Of a DNA stretch of 64,000 nt, positions 50,001 to 58,056 are shown piece by piece (positions within the stretch are counted from its first letter, which is position 1; the number at the start of each line of letters is the position of its first letter). Origin of the DNA: Candidatus Magasanikiibacteriota bacterium (GTDB lineage Bacteria > Patescibacteriota > Patescibacteriia > Magasanikbacterales > GWA2-37-8); the NCBI GenBank assembly GCA_963802255.1, contig CAWDHY010000001.1:555842-619841 (forward strand), written 5' to 3'. The position numbers and the translations under genes were made by a program. A model generated the notes under the pieces. That model saw only the letters and a program-made list of their open reading frames with translations, did no database searches and was not told the origin of the DNA.

Positions 50001-51049
50001 TAACCCCAAAGCGTTACGTTGGGGCTGACGAAAATAATTTTTCCTTTAGAGTCAAAAGAATAAATAATATCTAATGTATTTTCCAAAATTGTTCTATAAC
50101 GCTCCTCACTTCGAAAAAGACTTTCTTCAGCCTGGAACTTTTTTATTGCGCTGCCCAGTTCTCTGCTGATTGAAAAAAGTACCTCTTTGTCACTAGCCGA
50201 CACTGTGTGACTTTTTTTACTGGCCACATTCAGAGCGCCGATAATTTCATTACCCGCCACAAGAGGCACGCTGACCAATGATTTAATACCACTCATTTTT
50301 GCTCCACTGGGAGAAATTCTTTCATAATGTTCGGTAATAATCGGTTCGCCTTTTATAAATACCGTATAATACGGTTTATCGGATATTTTTACTTCTCGCA
50401 CCGATTTTAAAAAACTTTCATTTAATTTTATACTGGCAACAACTTCAGCAGTATTATTTTTCTTATTTACCAAATATATTCCTCCTCCGAAGTAACCCAG
50501 AGTCTTAATTGTGGATAACAGCACAATTTTGAGCAAATCGATCAATTTATAGGAAGTGTTACTGGCAGAAATAATCTGATTTAATAGTGACAGTTTTCTT
50601 CTTTCAACATCCAATATGTGTTCAGTTTCAACACGTTCATTAATATTTCTAAAGGACAATACAATTACCGGGTGACCCGCATAAACTATCTTTTTCCCGA
50701 TATTTTCCACCCAGAGTATATTGCCTTTTGCCGTTAACAGCTTATATCTTTGAAAATAGCCGCCTCTACCCAATCGAACGCGTATCATATCCGATAAAAC
50801 AGCTTTCTTCGATTCATCGAATACAAGCGGAAGCAGACTCCTATTTATCCATTTATCAGGGTCGTCAATTTCAAGCATGCGTTGAGCCGCATCGTTAAAC
50901 ATAAGAATTCGACCCTTAAAATCAACAACAGCCACGCCGTCCAGCATGTTCTCAACTAATACCCGGTATTTTTCTTCGTTTCCGTTCATAAATTTTTCAG
51001 ACCGTTTCCGAGTTTTTTTCTTATGGTTATTGCCCAAAGCGGCAGCCAT
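47084..51049 (-). CDS. Multi-PAS/GAF sensor histidine kinase
   Basis: 1321 aa. At least 6-7 PAS/PAC repeats (recurring ...DITERK/DITSRK/DVTKRK boundaries) and a GAF-like segment. HisKA H-box SIASHQLRTPLTSM and HATPase_c N/G boxes (NLINNAVRYS, GTGLGLYIV). Confidence 0.85.
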   Translation of the reverse strand: MAAALGNNHKKKTRKRSEKFMNGNEEKYRVLVENMLDGVAVVDFKGRILMFNDAAQRMLEIDDPDKWINRSLLPLVFDESKKAVLSDMIRVRLGRGGYFQRYKLLTAKGNILWVENIGKKIVYAGHPVIVLSFRNINERVETEHILDVERRKLSLLNQIISASNTSYKLIDLLKIVLLSTIKTLGYFGGGIYLVNKKNNTAEVVASIKLNESFLKSVREVKISDKPYYTVFIKGEPIITEHYERISPSGAKMSGIKSLVSVPLVAGNEIIGALNVASKKSHTVSASDKEVLFSISRELGSAIKKFQAEESLFRSEERYRTILENTLDIIYSFDSKGKIIFVSPNVTLWGYRVEDVVGSNILKFVHKDDRKKILFEMQKTIDSGELFTTTFRLIKSDGTFFYAEEYGKPIFDERRRLMNFTGIIRDITERKMAEKELKNTNERLRVMFEDAPDAYYLSDLKGTIINGNKEAEKITGYDRRELIGSRFINLRELVAPGQKAKILSLLAKNIKGESTGPDEFTLVKKDRTSIFVEISTHPVKIDGKSMVLGIARDITSRKIIENELRKERDFSQNILDTSQVVILVLDAEGNVVSINPYFEKISGYKIDEVKGVNWFAKFLPDRDRAKIKNVFLSVKEGTPVRGLINSILTKSGSEISIEWFNQVLRDESGKIIGVLSTGQDVTSRLLTEEKIRMSEEKFSKAFETSPYAKIMTRPTDGKIIDANEALFKLSGYSRAEVIGKTTEELTLWVNFNERKKIVDDLKNGISVKNREVQFRKKSGEIIIGNFFADLVTVGNEKIVLSSIDDITEKKKASENLRLSEERYRNVVDNATESIVVVQDGVFKFFNRQVIQVTGFSEKEFAKKSFIEIIHPDDRKMVAERHQKRLLGEKLETPYTFRIIDKSGNVKWVEINAVLIMWAGRPATLNFLKDVTKRKQVEDDLQKRVVEVEKTKKAMMNVLEDIEKEKNVSESLAKDLEKFKLAVEGASDLIVITDAEAKILFANKATEKITGFKVDEIIGFDPGELWGGQMSKDFYQKMWQTIKDEKKVYQGELKNKRKDGEIYDAEVHISPVFDDNGEIIFFLSIEKDITRAKEIDRMKTEFVSIASHQLRTPLTSMKWYTELLLSDKKELTKKQTDYVHRIYSGSLKMVRLVNDLLNVSRIETGKKFAIEKKKSDITSIVRRVISDQSATVVQNDVKIELINWPEHLLMMVDEEKLYQVFQNLINNAVRYSNPGGKIKVETKPGTGSNIFIVKDIGMGIPLKQQNRIYEKFFRADNVTNSGKAGTGLGLYIVKAIVEGHGGKIWFESGENIGTTFYFELPKK

Positions 51050-51062
51050 ATTATTTCTTCTC

Positions 51063-52613
51063 TTATATTAATTCTTTTAATTGATTCTGTAATTTGCTAA
51101 TTTCTTCTTTCAGTTCAATCATTTTTAATTCCCGCCCAATCATTATCTTATTTAATTTTTCCAATTCCTGCGCGCGTGCCTGCAATGCAAGTTCATTTTT
51201 TCTAATTTCTGATAAATCGGTTAAAACAAGTAATTGGGTTTCTACATTCTGATAATTAATCACTTGAGCACTCACTTCAATATCACGAGTCTCGCCATCC
51301 TTAAAAAGCAGTCGGGTACCGAATTTTATATTCCCCGGAGCAGACGATATTTTGTCGAGATTTTTTATAAAACCCATTTTTTCATCGCTTACCACAATCG
51401 AGCTGACAATTTTTCCAACAATTGATTTTCCGCCTCCGCCGAAATTTTTTACTGCTATCGGATTTGCGAAAATAATTTTATGGTCTTTGCACAATAAAAC
51501 CATTCCGGAAAACTGTGTAATAAGCTCTCTATATAGCTCTTCACTGGCTACGAGTTTCCTTTCTGCAATAGTTAACCGGTCTAACATTAAATTAATTTCA
51601 TTGCCCAAAAAAGCAATTTCATCATGACCGCTTAACTTTATATCAATATGCCGGTAATCTGACCCCTGGATCGATTTTACTAAGGTGTTTAATTGGATCA
51701 GGCGGCGCAAAATAATAACATCAGATAATATAAAAGTAATAATTGCAATAATTAATCCCATCGCAAATATTAAAATTGAAAGCAATGATATTACATATAA
51801 TCCCTGTTTATATATATCGCGGGGTAATTCAGCGCGTAATATAAAAAATAAATTTGTATCAACATCACGAAAAGCGGTATAGCCGTAAATTATGTCAGAA
51901 TTGAAAGAAATGACGCGCGTGTCATTTCCCTTTGTAAAAAAACTGATATCATTCTCAAAATCAGAGGCTTGTTCTGTATTTCTGGTATCATACAACTCTA
52001 TCGGATAAGCGCTAAGGTCCGAAAGCGTTTTTATAATTTGCCCATCAAAAAAACGACCAAATAGAAGAGTACCCAGTGACGGTCCTGTGCCGTCACTTTT
52101 TGTAATCGGCCTTGAAACAACAAACAAAGGCGGCTGAGAATCTATTCTGACAAAACCGCCTGCTGAACCGTCAATAGAATCAAATTCAAAAAAAACATCT
52201 TGCCTTTTAACTTCTTCGCAAATTGCCGTCGCTTCAAAGATGGGTTGCATACTTTGCAGGTCCTCACCCTTTGCAAATGCTATTGTTCCCGAATTACTAA
52301 CAGCGCAAATAAAATTGACTCCAAGAGTAATTAGTGCGTCTTCCGGTAAATTTTCTTTAACAAACCCCTCATTATTGCCGGCCATAAAATTCCAAACAGA
52401 ATCCCACCGCGCCCAATCACCTACCTGTGAAATCATGGCTGTTTCAATATTCGTTACAGCGTTTTTGACTCGGGTATTGTTCAAGGAAACCTGTGACTGT
52501 TCAAAGTGATCAAAACTGTCGGTAACAAGAAACCGAAGGAAAGAATATAAAAGAATATTCAAAATAACTGTCGTTCCAACGACGATTAAGAATATCTTGC
52601 TTCGCAATTTCAT
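51063..52613 (-). CDS. Membrane sensor protein (extracytoplasmic domain, TM, HAMP, PAS, coiled coil) with no output domain
   Basis: TM1, a roughly 230-aa extracellular domain, TM2, then a HAMP-like segment (LRRLIQLNTLVKSIQGSDY...), a PAS domain and a C-terminal coiled coil. It ends 14 nt upstream of the histidine kinase. Confidence 0.55.
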   Translation of the reverse strand: MKLRSKIFLIVVGTTVILNILLYSFLRFLVTDSFDHFEQSQVSLNNTRVKNAVTNIETAMISQVGDWARWDSVWNFMAGNNEGFVKENLPEDALITLGVNFICAVSNSGTIAFAKGEDLQSMQPIFEATAICEEVKRQDVFFEFDSIDGSAGGFVRIDSQPPLFVVSRPITKSDGTGPSLGTLLFGRFFDGQIIKTLSDLSAYPIELYDTRNTEQASDFENDISFFTKGNDTRVISFNSDIIYGYTAFRDVDTNLFFILRAELPRDIYKQGLYVISLLSILIFAMGLIIAIITFILSDVIILRRLIQLNTLVKSIQGSDYRHIDIKLSGHDEIAFLGNEINLMLDRLTIAERKLVASEELYRELITQFSGMVLLCKDHKIIFANPIAVKNFGGGGKSIVGKIVSSIVVSDEKMGFIKNLDKISSAPGNIKFGTRLLFKDGETRDIEVSAQVINYQNVETQLLVLTDLSEIRKNELALQARAQELEKLNKIMIGRELKMIELKEEISKLQNQLKELI

Positions 52614-52659
52614 AAAAAATCAAATAGATGACTATTCCTTTATATTATACCATAAAAAG

Positions 52660-54444
52660 CTACCAGCTGCCTCCACCGCCGCCGCCAAATCCACCGCCCG
52701 ATCCGCCTCCTGAAAAACCGCTTCCGCCGGAAGAAGCGGATGATGATACTGTGGCGCCAAGTGTTGATGCCGCGGCAGTATCAAAACTGGCCAAACTGCT
52801 GGTAAGAAAAAGCGCATTAAACATGCCAGCATGATTCGGGTCTTCATACCACTTCGGCTGAATATTATAAATCCCCTCAAACTGCTTCGCCCATTCTTTT
52901 TCAACTTTCATCACCATGGCATAGGGCAATAATTTCTCAAATCTTTCCGGATTCTTCTCCGGCGCGTTGTGAAATTCAATCCGGGCTTTTTCCGCCACTG
53001 TCATATACAATTTTAATCCGAGAATTTTTTCCTTTGTTTCCGCTCCTTTTTTAGTTAATACCGGCATAATAAAACCGAAAACAATAATAATTATCGCTGA
53101 AAGTGTCAGGGCGAATATACCTAAAAGCCCGAATATCACTCCGATAAAAAATGCCATGAAAAAAACAAAACACCCGCCCGCCAGATATTTCATTTTCATC
53201 ATCCTTGGATTTTTTGCGAAATAACCGTCTGTTGTCAGGTCCTTATACAAATTACCGACGACTTTTTGCATGGTTGATGCAAACTCATATTTAAGTGCGG
53301 ACAATTTAATAACATCTCCTTTTTCAAACAAATTATTCATTATTTCCTTGTCAAAACTTTTTGTCAGATCGTCGGCCGGTTTGAGTTTGGTAAAAATGTA
53401 ATCGCTGTTTTTTAATATCTTTCCGGTTTCTTCCCGTCGAATTTTTAAATAGCCGTTTACAGCCAGTTGAATAATTTGAGCCGAAACATCATGACGGTCG
53501 GCGCGGTTATCATAAAGAGTGCCAACCTCGGCCGGAGCTAAATTATCGGGCGCTTCGTATTCGGGAATAATTGTTCCTCTTCCTTTAGCGTTTTTACCGA
53601 GCTTTTTCCAGCGCCTGTAAAGCCAAATAAAAATAAGTACCGGTAAGAAAATAATGCCATTATCACGAACAATTTCCAGAATAGTCTGAGAAAGAGGCGG
53701 TTTCTGAATAGTCCCGGCCGGCACTCCTATAACCACCGTTAAACCCTCAGCCGGTTTCAAATCAACGGCTTTAAATACTACTACGGAAATCGGATCGTTC
53801 TCATTAAGATCACCTGAGTCATTCAATATTCCGGCAGACATTTCACAAACCTTCGTGCTTCCATACGCTCCGTAATAGCATGTTCGTGTGACATCGCTAT
53901 CCGGCAAATCATTCTCAAAACGGACAATGGTTTCCGCTTCATCAATCGGCACCTGCCAGCCGTTGCCTGTGGCATTCCAATACAATTCATCATGATCATC
54001 AAAATAATTTATCGCTCGTCTGACCGTGTATCGTATGCGGTATGTGTGTTGGCCGGTAATAAGTTTATCCGCATCCCCGATTTTAATTTGCAAATTACTG
54101 CCGGAATATAAAGTGGTAAAAGTGTATGGGTTATTATTTTCGTCAACAACCGATACATCAGACACGCGCAATTTGTAATTTCCGCCCCGTGCTTTGTATC
54201 CGATAATAATATCGCGATATATTCCGTGGCGTTCCGCTTCGCCAAAATTATAAATTATACTTTCCTCAACATTAATACTGGCGTCGCTATGAAGAGAAAT
54301 ATCAGAAATAAATTTATCAATTTTCTCCTGAGCCATAACCGGCCCGGCGAAGGATAAAAAAACTACCACCAACAAACTTACACAAATTTTCTTAAACATA
54401 AATACATTGTTAAAATATGCATATATTGTATCACTTATGCTCAA
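52660..54444 (-). CDS. DUF2207-family membrane protein with a C-terminal Gly/Ser-rich tail
   Basis: Signal/TM, a large extracellular domain, TM segments, and a C-terminal ...[24 protein letters not shown]. The [30 protein letters not shown] region is typical of DUF2207. Confidence 0.55.
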   Translation of the reverse strand: MSISDTIYAYFNNVFMFKKICVSLLVVVFLSFAGPVMAQEKIDKFISDISLHSDASINVEESIIYNFGEAERHGIYRDIIIGYKARGGNYKLRVSDVSVVDENNNPYTFTTLYSGSNLQIKIGDADKLITGQHTYRIRYTVRRAINYFDDHDELYWNATGNGWQVPIDEAETIVRFENDLPDSDVTRTCYYGAYGSTKVCEMSAGILNDSGDLNENDPISVVVFKAVDLKPAEGLTVVIGVPAGTIQKPPLSQTILEIVRDNGIIFLPVLIFIWLYRRWKKLGKNAKGRGTIIPEYEAPDNLAPAEVGTLYDNRADRHDVSAQIIQLAVNGYLKIRREETGKILKNSDYIFTKLKPADDLTKSFDKEIMNNLFEKGDVIKLSALKYEFASTMQKVVGNLYKDLTTDGYFAKNPRMMKMKYLAGGCFVFFMAFFIGVIFGLLGIFALTLSAIIIIVFGFIMPVLTKKGAETKEKILGLKLYMTVAEKARIEFHNAPEKNPERFEKLLPYAMVMKVEKEWAKQFEGIYNIQPKWYEDPNHAGMFNALFLTSSLASFDTAAASTLGATVSSSASSGGSGFSGGGSGGGFGGGGGGSW

Positions 54445-54475
54445 AAAATAAAAAAATCCCGCAGAAATTGCGGGA
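54441..54475 (-). terminator. Intrinsic terminator of the zinc-ribbon gene (GC-rich cassette, unit 2)
   Basis: On the minus strand: CCCGCA-ATTTC-TGCGGG followed by TTTTTTTATTTTTT. Confidence 0.65.
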
Positions 54476-54497
54476 TGGCGGGAAAGAACAGGGTTTT

Positions 54498-54773
54498 CTA
54501 GGAGCAGTTGGGGCAGGGCAGGTCGCGGACGCTTCTGCGGTCATCGGCCAGACCGCACTCCGGGCACATCTCCTCGACGATGAGCTCGCCGAAAATGGTG
54601 CACTCCTCCGCTTCCAGGAATACGGCCAGAGATTCGTCCCTGAAGACGAACCGGGCGTAGCCGCGCTTGGCATCTTCGGCATTTTTCCCCAGCTGAAGCC
54701 CGCGAAGGACCTTGCCGGAACGGATATCCGTCATACGGAAGTGCCTCCGATGCTTGTGGGTCTTGCTAGCCAT
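54498..54773 (-). CDS. Hypothetical basic zinc-ribbon protein (GC-rich cassette)
   Basis: 91 aa from the ATG at 54773, with SD AAGGAG-aaatg-ATG. [26 protein letters not shown]...CPECG...CPNCS has a C-terminal C4 zinc ribbon. Local GC is far above the genome average. Confidence 0.5.
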   Translation of the reverse strand: MASKTHKHRRHFRMTDIRSGKVLRGLQLGKNAEDAKRGYARFVFRDESLAVFLEAEECTIFGELIVEEMCPECGLADDRRSVRDLPCPNCS

Positions 54774-54826
54774 CATTTCTCCTTTTTGAGAGCAATAACT
54801 GCCCAAAATTGCACGATTCTGGCCGT

Positions 54827-54855
54827 ATTATAGCACAAAATACGACTTTTGTCAA
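54827..54855 (-). promoter_or_regulatory. Perfect-consensus sigma70 promoter driving the zinc-ribbon gene
   Basis: On the minus strand: TTGACA, a 17-nt spacer, then TATAAT, about 50 nt upstream of the SD/ATG. Confidence 0.6.
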
Positions 54856-54902
54856 CCCCTCACGGACTTTCAATAAATTGCCTCTAACCCAGACAGATAT
54901 TC

Positions 54903-54934
54903 ATAAAAAAACCGGCAGAAAGGGATTCTGCCGG
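54903..54934 (-). terminator. Intrinsic terminator between the two cassette genes
   Basis: On the minus strand: CCGGCAGAA-tccct-TTCTGCCGG followed by TTTTTTTAT. Confidence 0.65.
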
Positions 54935-54964
54935 CCGGAATACTCCGTCAAAAAGGAACGACTG

Positions 54965-55570
54965 TCAGGTGGAGGCCAATCCTTCGGCCTTATTGCAGAC
55001 CGAACAAATGAATTGGCGGGCGGCCGTACTTTTCGGACGGCCGAAGAGCCATTCGGCGAAAATCGCCGAGAGGATGGTACTGCTGTCAGCCGGATCGAAA
55101 AGCCGGTCGGCGTTCAGCGTTTCATCGGTTTCTTCTGCCAGAAAGTCGGAAGAGGTGTCCGGCGGGTAAACGAGGAATGTCTTGTCCTGACGAAAGACCT
55201 CGACGGACAGAATCTGTTTTGAACCGATGAGACAAAACAGTGAAACCACATTGTCACTGAACATACCGGAAAGAGCCCGCAGGACTTCGGAATGAGGCTG
55301 AAGCTGGTCCAACCAGAACGACAGTTCGTTGCGGTCGATAGGCGTTGCGCACCGGCTGAGCAAATCCGTCCAATCGGCGTTCTGAACTTCATCGGTGAGA
55401 TCGGACCCGTAGATATTCATGAACTCGCGCATGTCCGGCTCGTCGGTGGTGGCGTTTGCCCGGCATTGGCGGTTTAGCCAGGAGAGCCTCCACTCCTTTG
55501 CTTCCGGGTGATTCCGCCTGTATGCGGATGTGCCGGCAAGCAGTTCCTTTCCCGAAATGTCGGTTATCAT
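54965..55570 (-). CDS. Hypothetical acidic protein (GC-rich cassette)
   Basis: 201 aa with SD AAGGAGGGG-ctttaa-ATG. Asp/Glu-rich with several Trp residues and no recognised catalytic motif. A weak resemblance to SUKH/Smi1-type immunity proteins is speculative. Confidence 0.5.
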   Translation of the reverse strand: MITDISGKELLAGTSAYRRNHPEAKEWRLSWLNRQCRANATTDEPDMREFMNIYGSDLTDEVQNADWTDLLSRCATPIDRNELSFWLDQLQPHSEVLRALSGMFSDNVVSLFCLIGSKQILSVEVFRQDKTFLVYPPDTSSDFLAEETDETLNADRLFDPADSSTILSAIFAEWLFGRPKSTAARQFICSVCNKAEGLAST

Positions 55571-55592
55571 TTAAAGCCCCTCCTTTTTTGTT

Positions 55593-55623
55593 TTCAACCA
55601 ATATGAAATTATCACCGGTTGAA
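55593..55623 (-). promoter_or_regulatory. Promoter with palindromic operator upstream of the acidic-protein gene
   Basis: On the minus strand: TTGACT, 15-17 nt, then GATAAT. A 7-bp inverted repeat TTCAACC-N17-GGTTGAA overlaps the spacer and -10. Confidence 0.5.
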
Positions 55624-55650
55624 GAAAAAGTCAAATATATTATAAACTAA

Positions 55651-55680
55651 AAAACTCCGGACCAAAATCCGAAGTTTTCC
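55651..55680 (-). terminator. Intrinsic terminator after the upstream membrane-protein gene (right cassette boundary)
   Basis: On the minus strand: AAAACTTCGGA-tttTgg-TCCGGAGTTTT followed by TTAGTTT. Confidence 0.55.
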
Positions 55681-55690
55681 CAAAATAATA

Positions 55691-56296
55691 TTATTTAATC
55701 GTTACTGTCACTTCTTTATCCGGCGCCATATAGCTGACCAATCGCTTTATCTCCTCTTTCGCCTTATTATTTGCCGCTTCCATCATCTCGGTGGAGGTCG
55801 CGGCACTCTCCGCTTGCCTTATTATCTCAGCCATGGCTTGGTTATAACCGTCATCATTTTCCAAAATACGTTTTAATATCCCCTGCTTATTTTCTACACT
55901 TATGTCGCCTACCAATCGGGAATTAAATATTTCCGCCCCCGGAACAGCTACCGTAATATCATTGCCGGTCATTTGAATATCATCGGCTTTCATTTCTTCC
56001 AAATCAACGCCGAGATTCACTTCCACCACAGCAGAAGCTTTTATTTCCTGGCCCCAAAATAATTTTTTCCAGATGCTGGCGTCATTGTCTTTTATCGTCA
56101 CAGCAACAGTGGACACGCTGGTTTCGGTTACCAAGAAACCGCGCTCGCGCAAGGCCGATAATATCGTCTGCCCGGAAACAACGCGCTCAGGCTTTGATTC
56201 TTTTGTTAGAAGCCAGCCGATAAAAACGCCAAACGCTAAAATTACAGCAACCAAAAATATCGCTCTAATCAATGCTTTCATATTCATTATTCGCAA
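55691..56296 (-). CDS. Hypothetical membrane-anchored protein (possibly DUF4230-like)
   Basis: 201 aa with an N-terminal TM helix and a soluble domain. No catalytic motif. Confidence 0.4.
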   Translation of the reverse strand: MRIMNMKALIRAIFLVAVILAFGVFIGWLLTKESKPERVVSGQTILSALRERGFLVTETSVSTVAVTIKDNDASIWKKLFWGQEIKASAVVEVNLGVDLEEMKADDIQMTGNDITVAVPGAEIFNSRLVGDISVENKQGILKRILENDDGYNQAMAEIIRQAESAATSTEMMEAANNKAKEEIKRLVSYMAPDKEVTVTIK

Positions 56297-56976
56297 TTAG
56301 CCTGCATGCACGAATCACGCGCCGCCCCGGTCGGCATTTTTTCACAAATTAAACACATATCAATATCATCCGCATTTAACGAAGATCCGTAACCACCCGC
56401 TGAAGCACCCGGCATACTGCCCGCGCCGGTCGCCGCGTTCATCATGTCATCCAAACTCTGGAACTGAACATTGCTTGGCGGAGTCATCACAGATTTTTCC
56501 GGAGACCATTTCTTGCATTTCAAATCTATCTTCATATCCATATCAATACTATCCTGGCTGGCCTCGCCGGCTTCTTCCTTCAATTTTTCTTCTTCCTCTT
56601 TTGTCATGGTCACTTTTATTCCGGTCGGCTGATCATCGGTCCAAACATATTGTGTCTCTCCGTCTTTCACAAAATGAGTCATTTTCTCACCCACTTCCGG
56701 CATATTAACTTTTATATCGCCGCGGATACTATCTTCACCGGCAAAGTATAATGTTCCTTCCTGATAAATATCCTGATAAGTCATGGCATAGGTACAGCGG
56801 TATGGCTTGCCGGACTTGGCCATTTCTTCAATTGTTGACTGAAACTCTTCCACTGTGGCACTCTCATTGCTCTCGTTTTGCAATTGACCCGTCTCTTCGG
56901 CTGTTTTCTTACCACAGCCGGTAAATACAAACGCTAACGCTACGAATATGGCCGCAAAATATATGGTTTTACGCAT
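56287..56976 (-). CDS. Hypothetical lipoprotein
   Basis: Signal peptide with lipobox (FTGCG). Acidic, and Cys-rich at the C-terminus. Confidence 0.45.
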   Translation of the reverse strand: MRKTIYFAAIFVALAFVFTGCGKKTAEETGQLQNESNESATVEEFQSTIEEMAKSGKPYRCTYAMTYQDIYQEGTLYFAGEDSIRGDIKVNMPEVGEKMTHFVKDGETQYVWTDDQPTGIKVTMTKEEEEKLKEEAGEASQDSIDMDMKIDLKCKKWSPEKSVMTPPSNVQFQSLDDMMNAATGAGSMPGASAGGYGSSLNADDIDMCLICEKMPTGAARDSCMQANCE

Positions 56977-57061
56977 ATTTAAAATATTAAATTATTACTA
57001 AAATATAGTATCACAAAATGAATAATTGGCAATAGCCGGCTGTGTTTTATCCCAACTATTA

Positions 57062-57979
57062 CTACTGTCTCTTCTTTCGAAAAATTAAAGCCACTAAAAA
57101 TATTGTTAGAAGAGTCACAGCTCCAAAAAGAGCAAATACGAGCGGCGGTTCGCTGGCAAGTGGCAACCTGTTCAGGTTCATGCCATAAAAACCGGCCAAC
57201 AGCGTGAGTGGCATGAGCGAAGCTGAAATAACCGTCAGGATGGTAATAATCCGGTTAGTATGCTGAGAAATCATTGATTCATTTGTCCAATGCAGTCCAT
57301 CAATAGTGTCCCGGTGATTTTCTATTTCCACCCATGCTTTTTCAATATGGTCGTGAACATTATCAAAATAGTGAGTCATGTCGGCCGGAATAAAATCAGA
57401 GTTTAAATTGACCAGAACATTCATGGTAAATCTTTGCGGGTCAAGCATCCGGCGCAAAGTTAATACTGAACGGCGGATAAACGCCAAATCGCGCGCCACG
57501 CTTTTTAGTTCATTTTCATAAACATCATCTTCCACTTCGGCCACTTGCCGTCCCACCGCGTCTATGGCGGCGTGGGCATCGCGGAAAAGACGCTCTAAAA
57601 TTTTATACATCAAATAACTTGCTCCTTTAGTCATCCACATGCTGCGCAGTTTGGCGTTGCCAGATAAGCGTTTAAAAATATGATTCAGAAACGGATAAGA
57701 GTTTTTTGAAACTGTTATCAAAGTGTCTTTTGTTAAAAAAATATCCACTTCACGCGCCCGTATCTTAAAACGTTCTTTGTCAAAAAACGGAAATACAGCA
57801 ATCAAAAATAAATAGTACTTGTAGACGTCTATCTTTGGCTGTTGTTTTTCGGACATCACATCCTCAATATCAAGGGCGTGAAATTTATAATTCTCTTTTA
57901 AATACGCGGCGGTCTCTTCGTCCGCACCGGTAAGGTGAATCCAGCGGCATTTTTTGCCTTTTATCTCTTCTGTTGACAT
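57062..57979 (-). CDS. corA: CorA-family Mg2+/Co2+ transporter
   Basis: Cytoplasmic N-domain, two C-terminal TM helices and the GMN motif (FYGMNLN). Confidence 0.8.
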   Translation of the reverse strand: MSTEEIKGKKCRWIHLTGADEETAAYLKENYKFHALDIEDVMSEKQQPKIDVYKYYLFLIAVFPFFDKERFKIRAREVDIFLTKDTLITVSKNSYPFLNHIFKRLSGNAKLRSMWMTKGASYLMYKILERLFRDAHAAIDAVGRQVAEVEDDVYENELKSVARDLAFIRRSVLTLRRMLDPQRFTMNVLVNLNSDFIPADMTHYFDNVHDHIEKAWVEIENHRDTIDGLHWTNESMISQHTNRIITILTVISASLMPLTLLAGFYGMNLNRLPLASEPPLVFALFGAVTLLTIFLVALIFRKKRQ

Positions 57980-58056
57980 ATTCTTTGTCCTGATTTAAAT
58001 GATATAGTACAATTATACCACAAGATGTTGTTGTAAGCGAGATAACCCGCCTAAAT

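Noticed and set aside
52628-52904. Proline-rich 68-aa and 90-aa ORFs at the 3' end of the DUF2207 gene
   Set aside because: They are the antisense or alternate frame of the Gly/Ser-rich C-terminal tail (GGN codons read as Pro on the other strand).
54417-55650. Plus-strand ORFs (61-138 aa) and extra minus-strand ORFs (54431-54682, 55114-55634) across the GC-rich cassette
   Set aside because: These are GC-rich chance ORFs. Only the two minus-strand genes have SD sequences, promoters and terminators arranged consistently.
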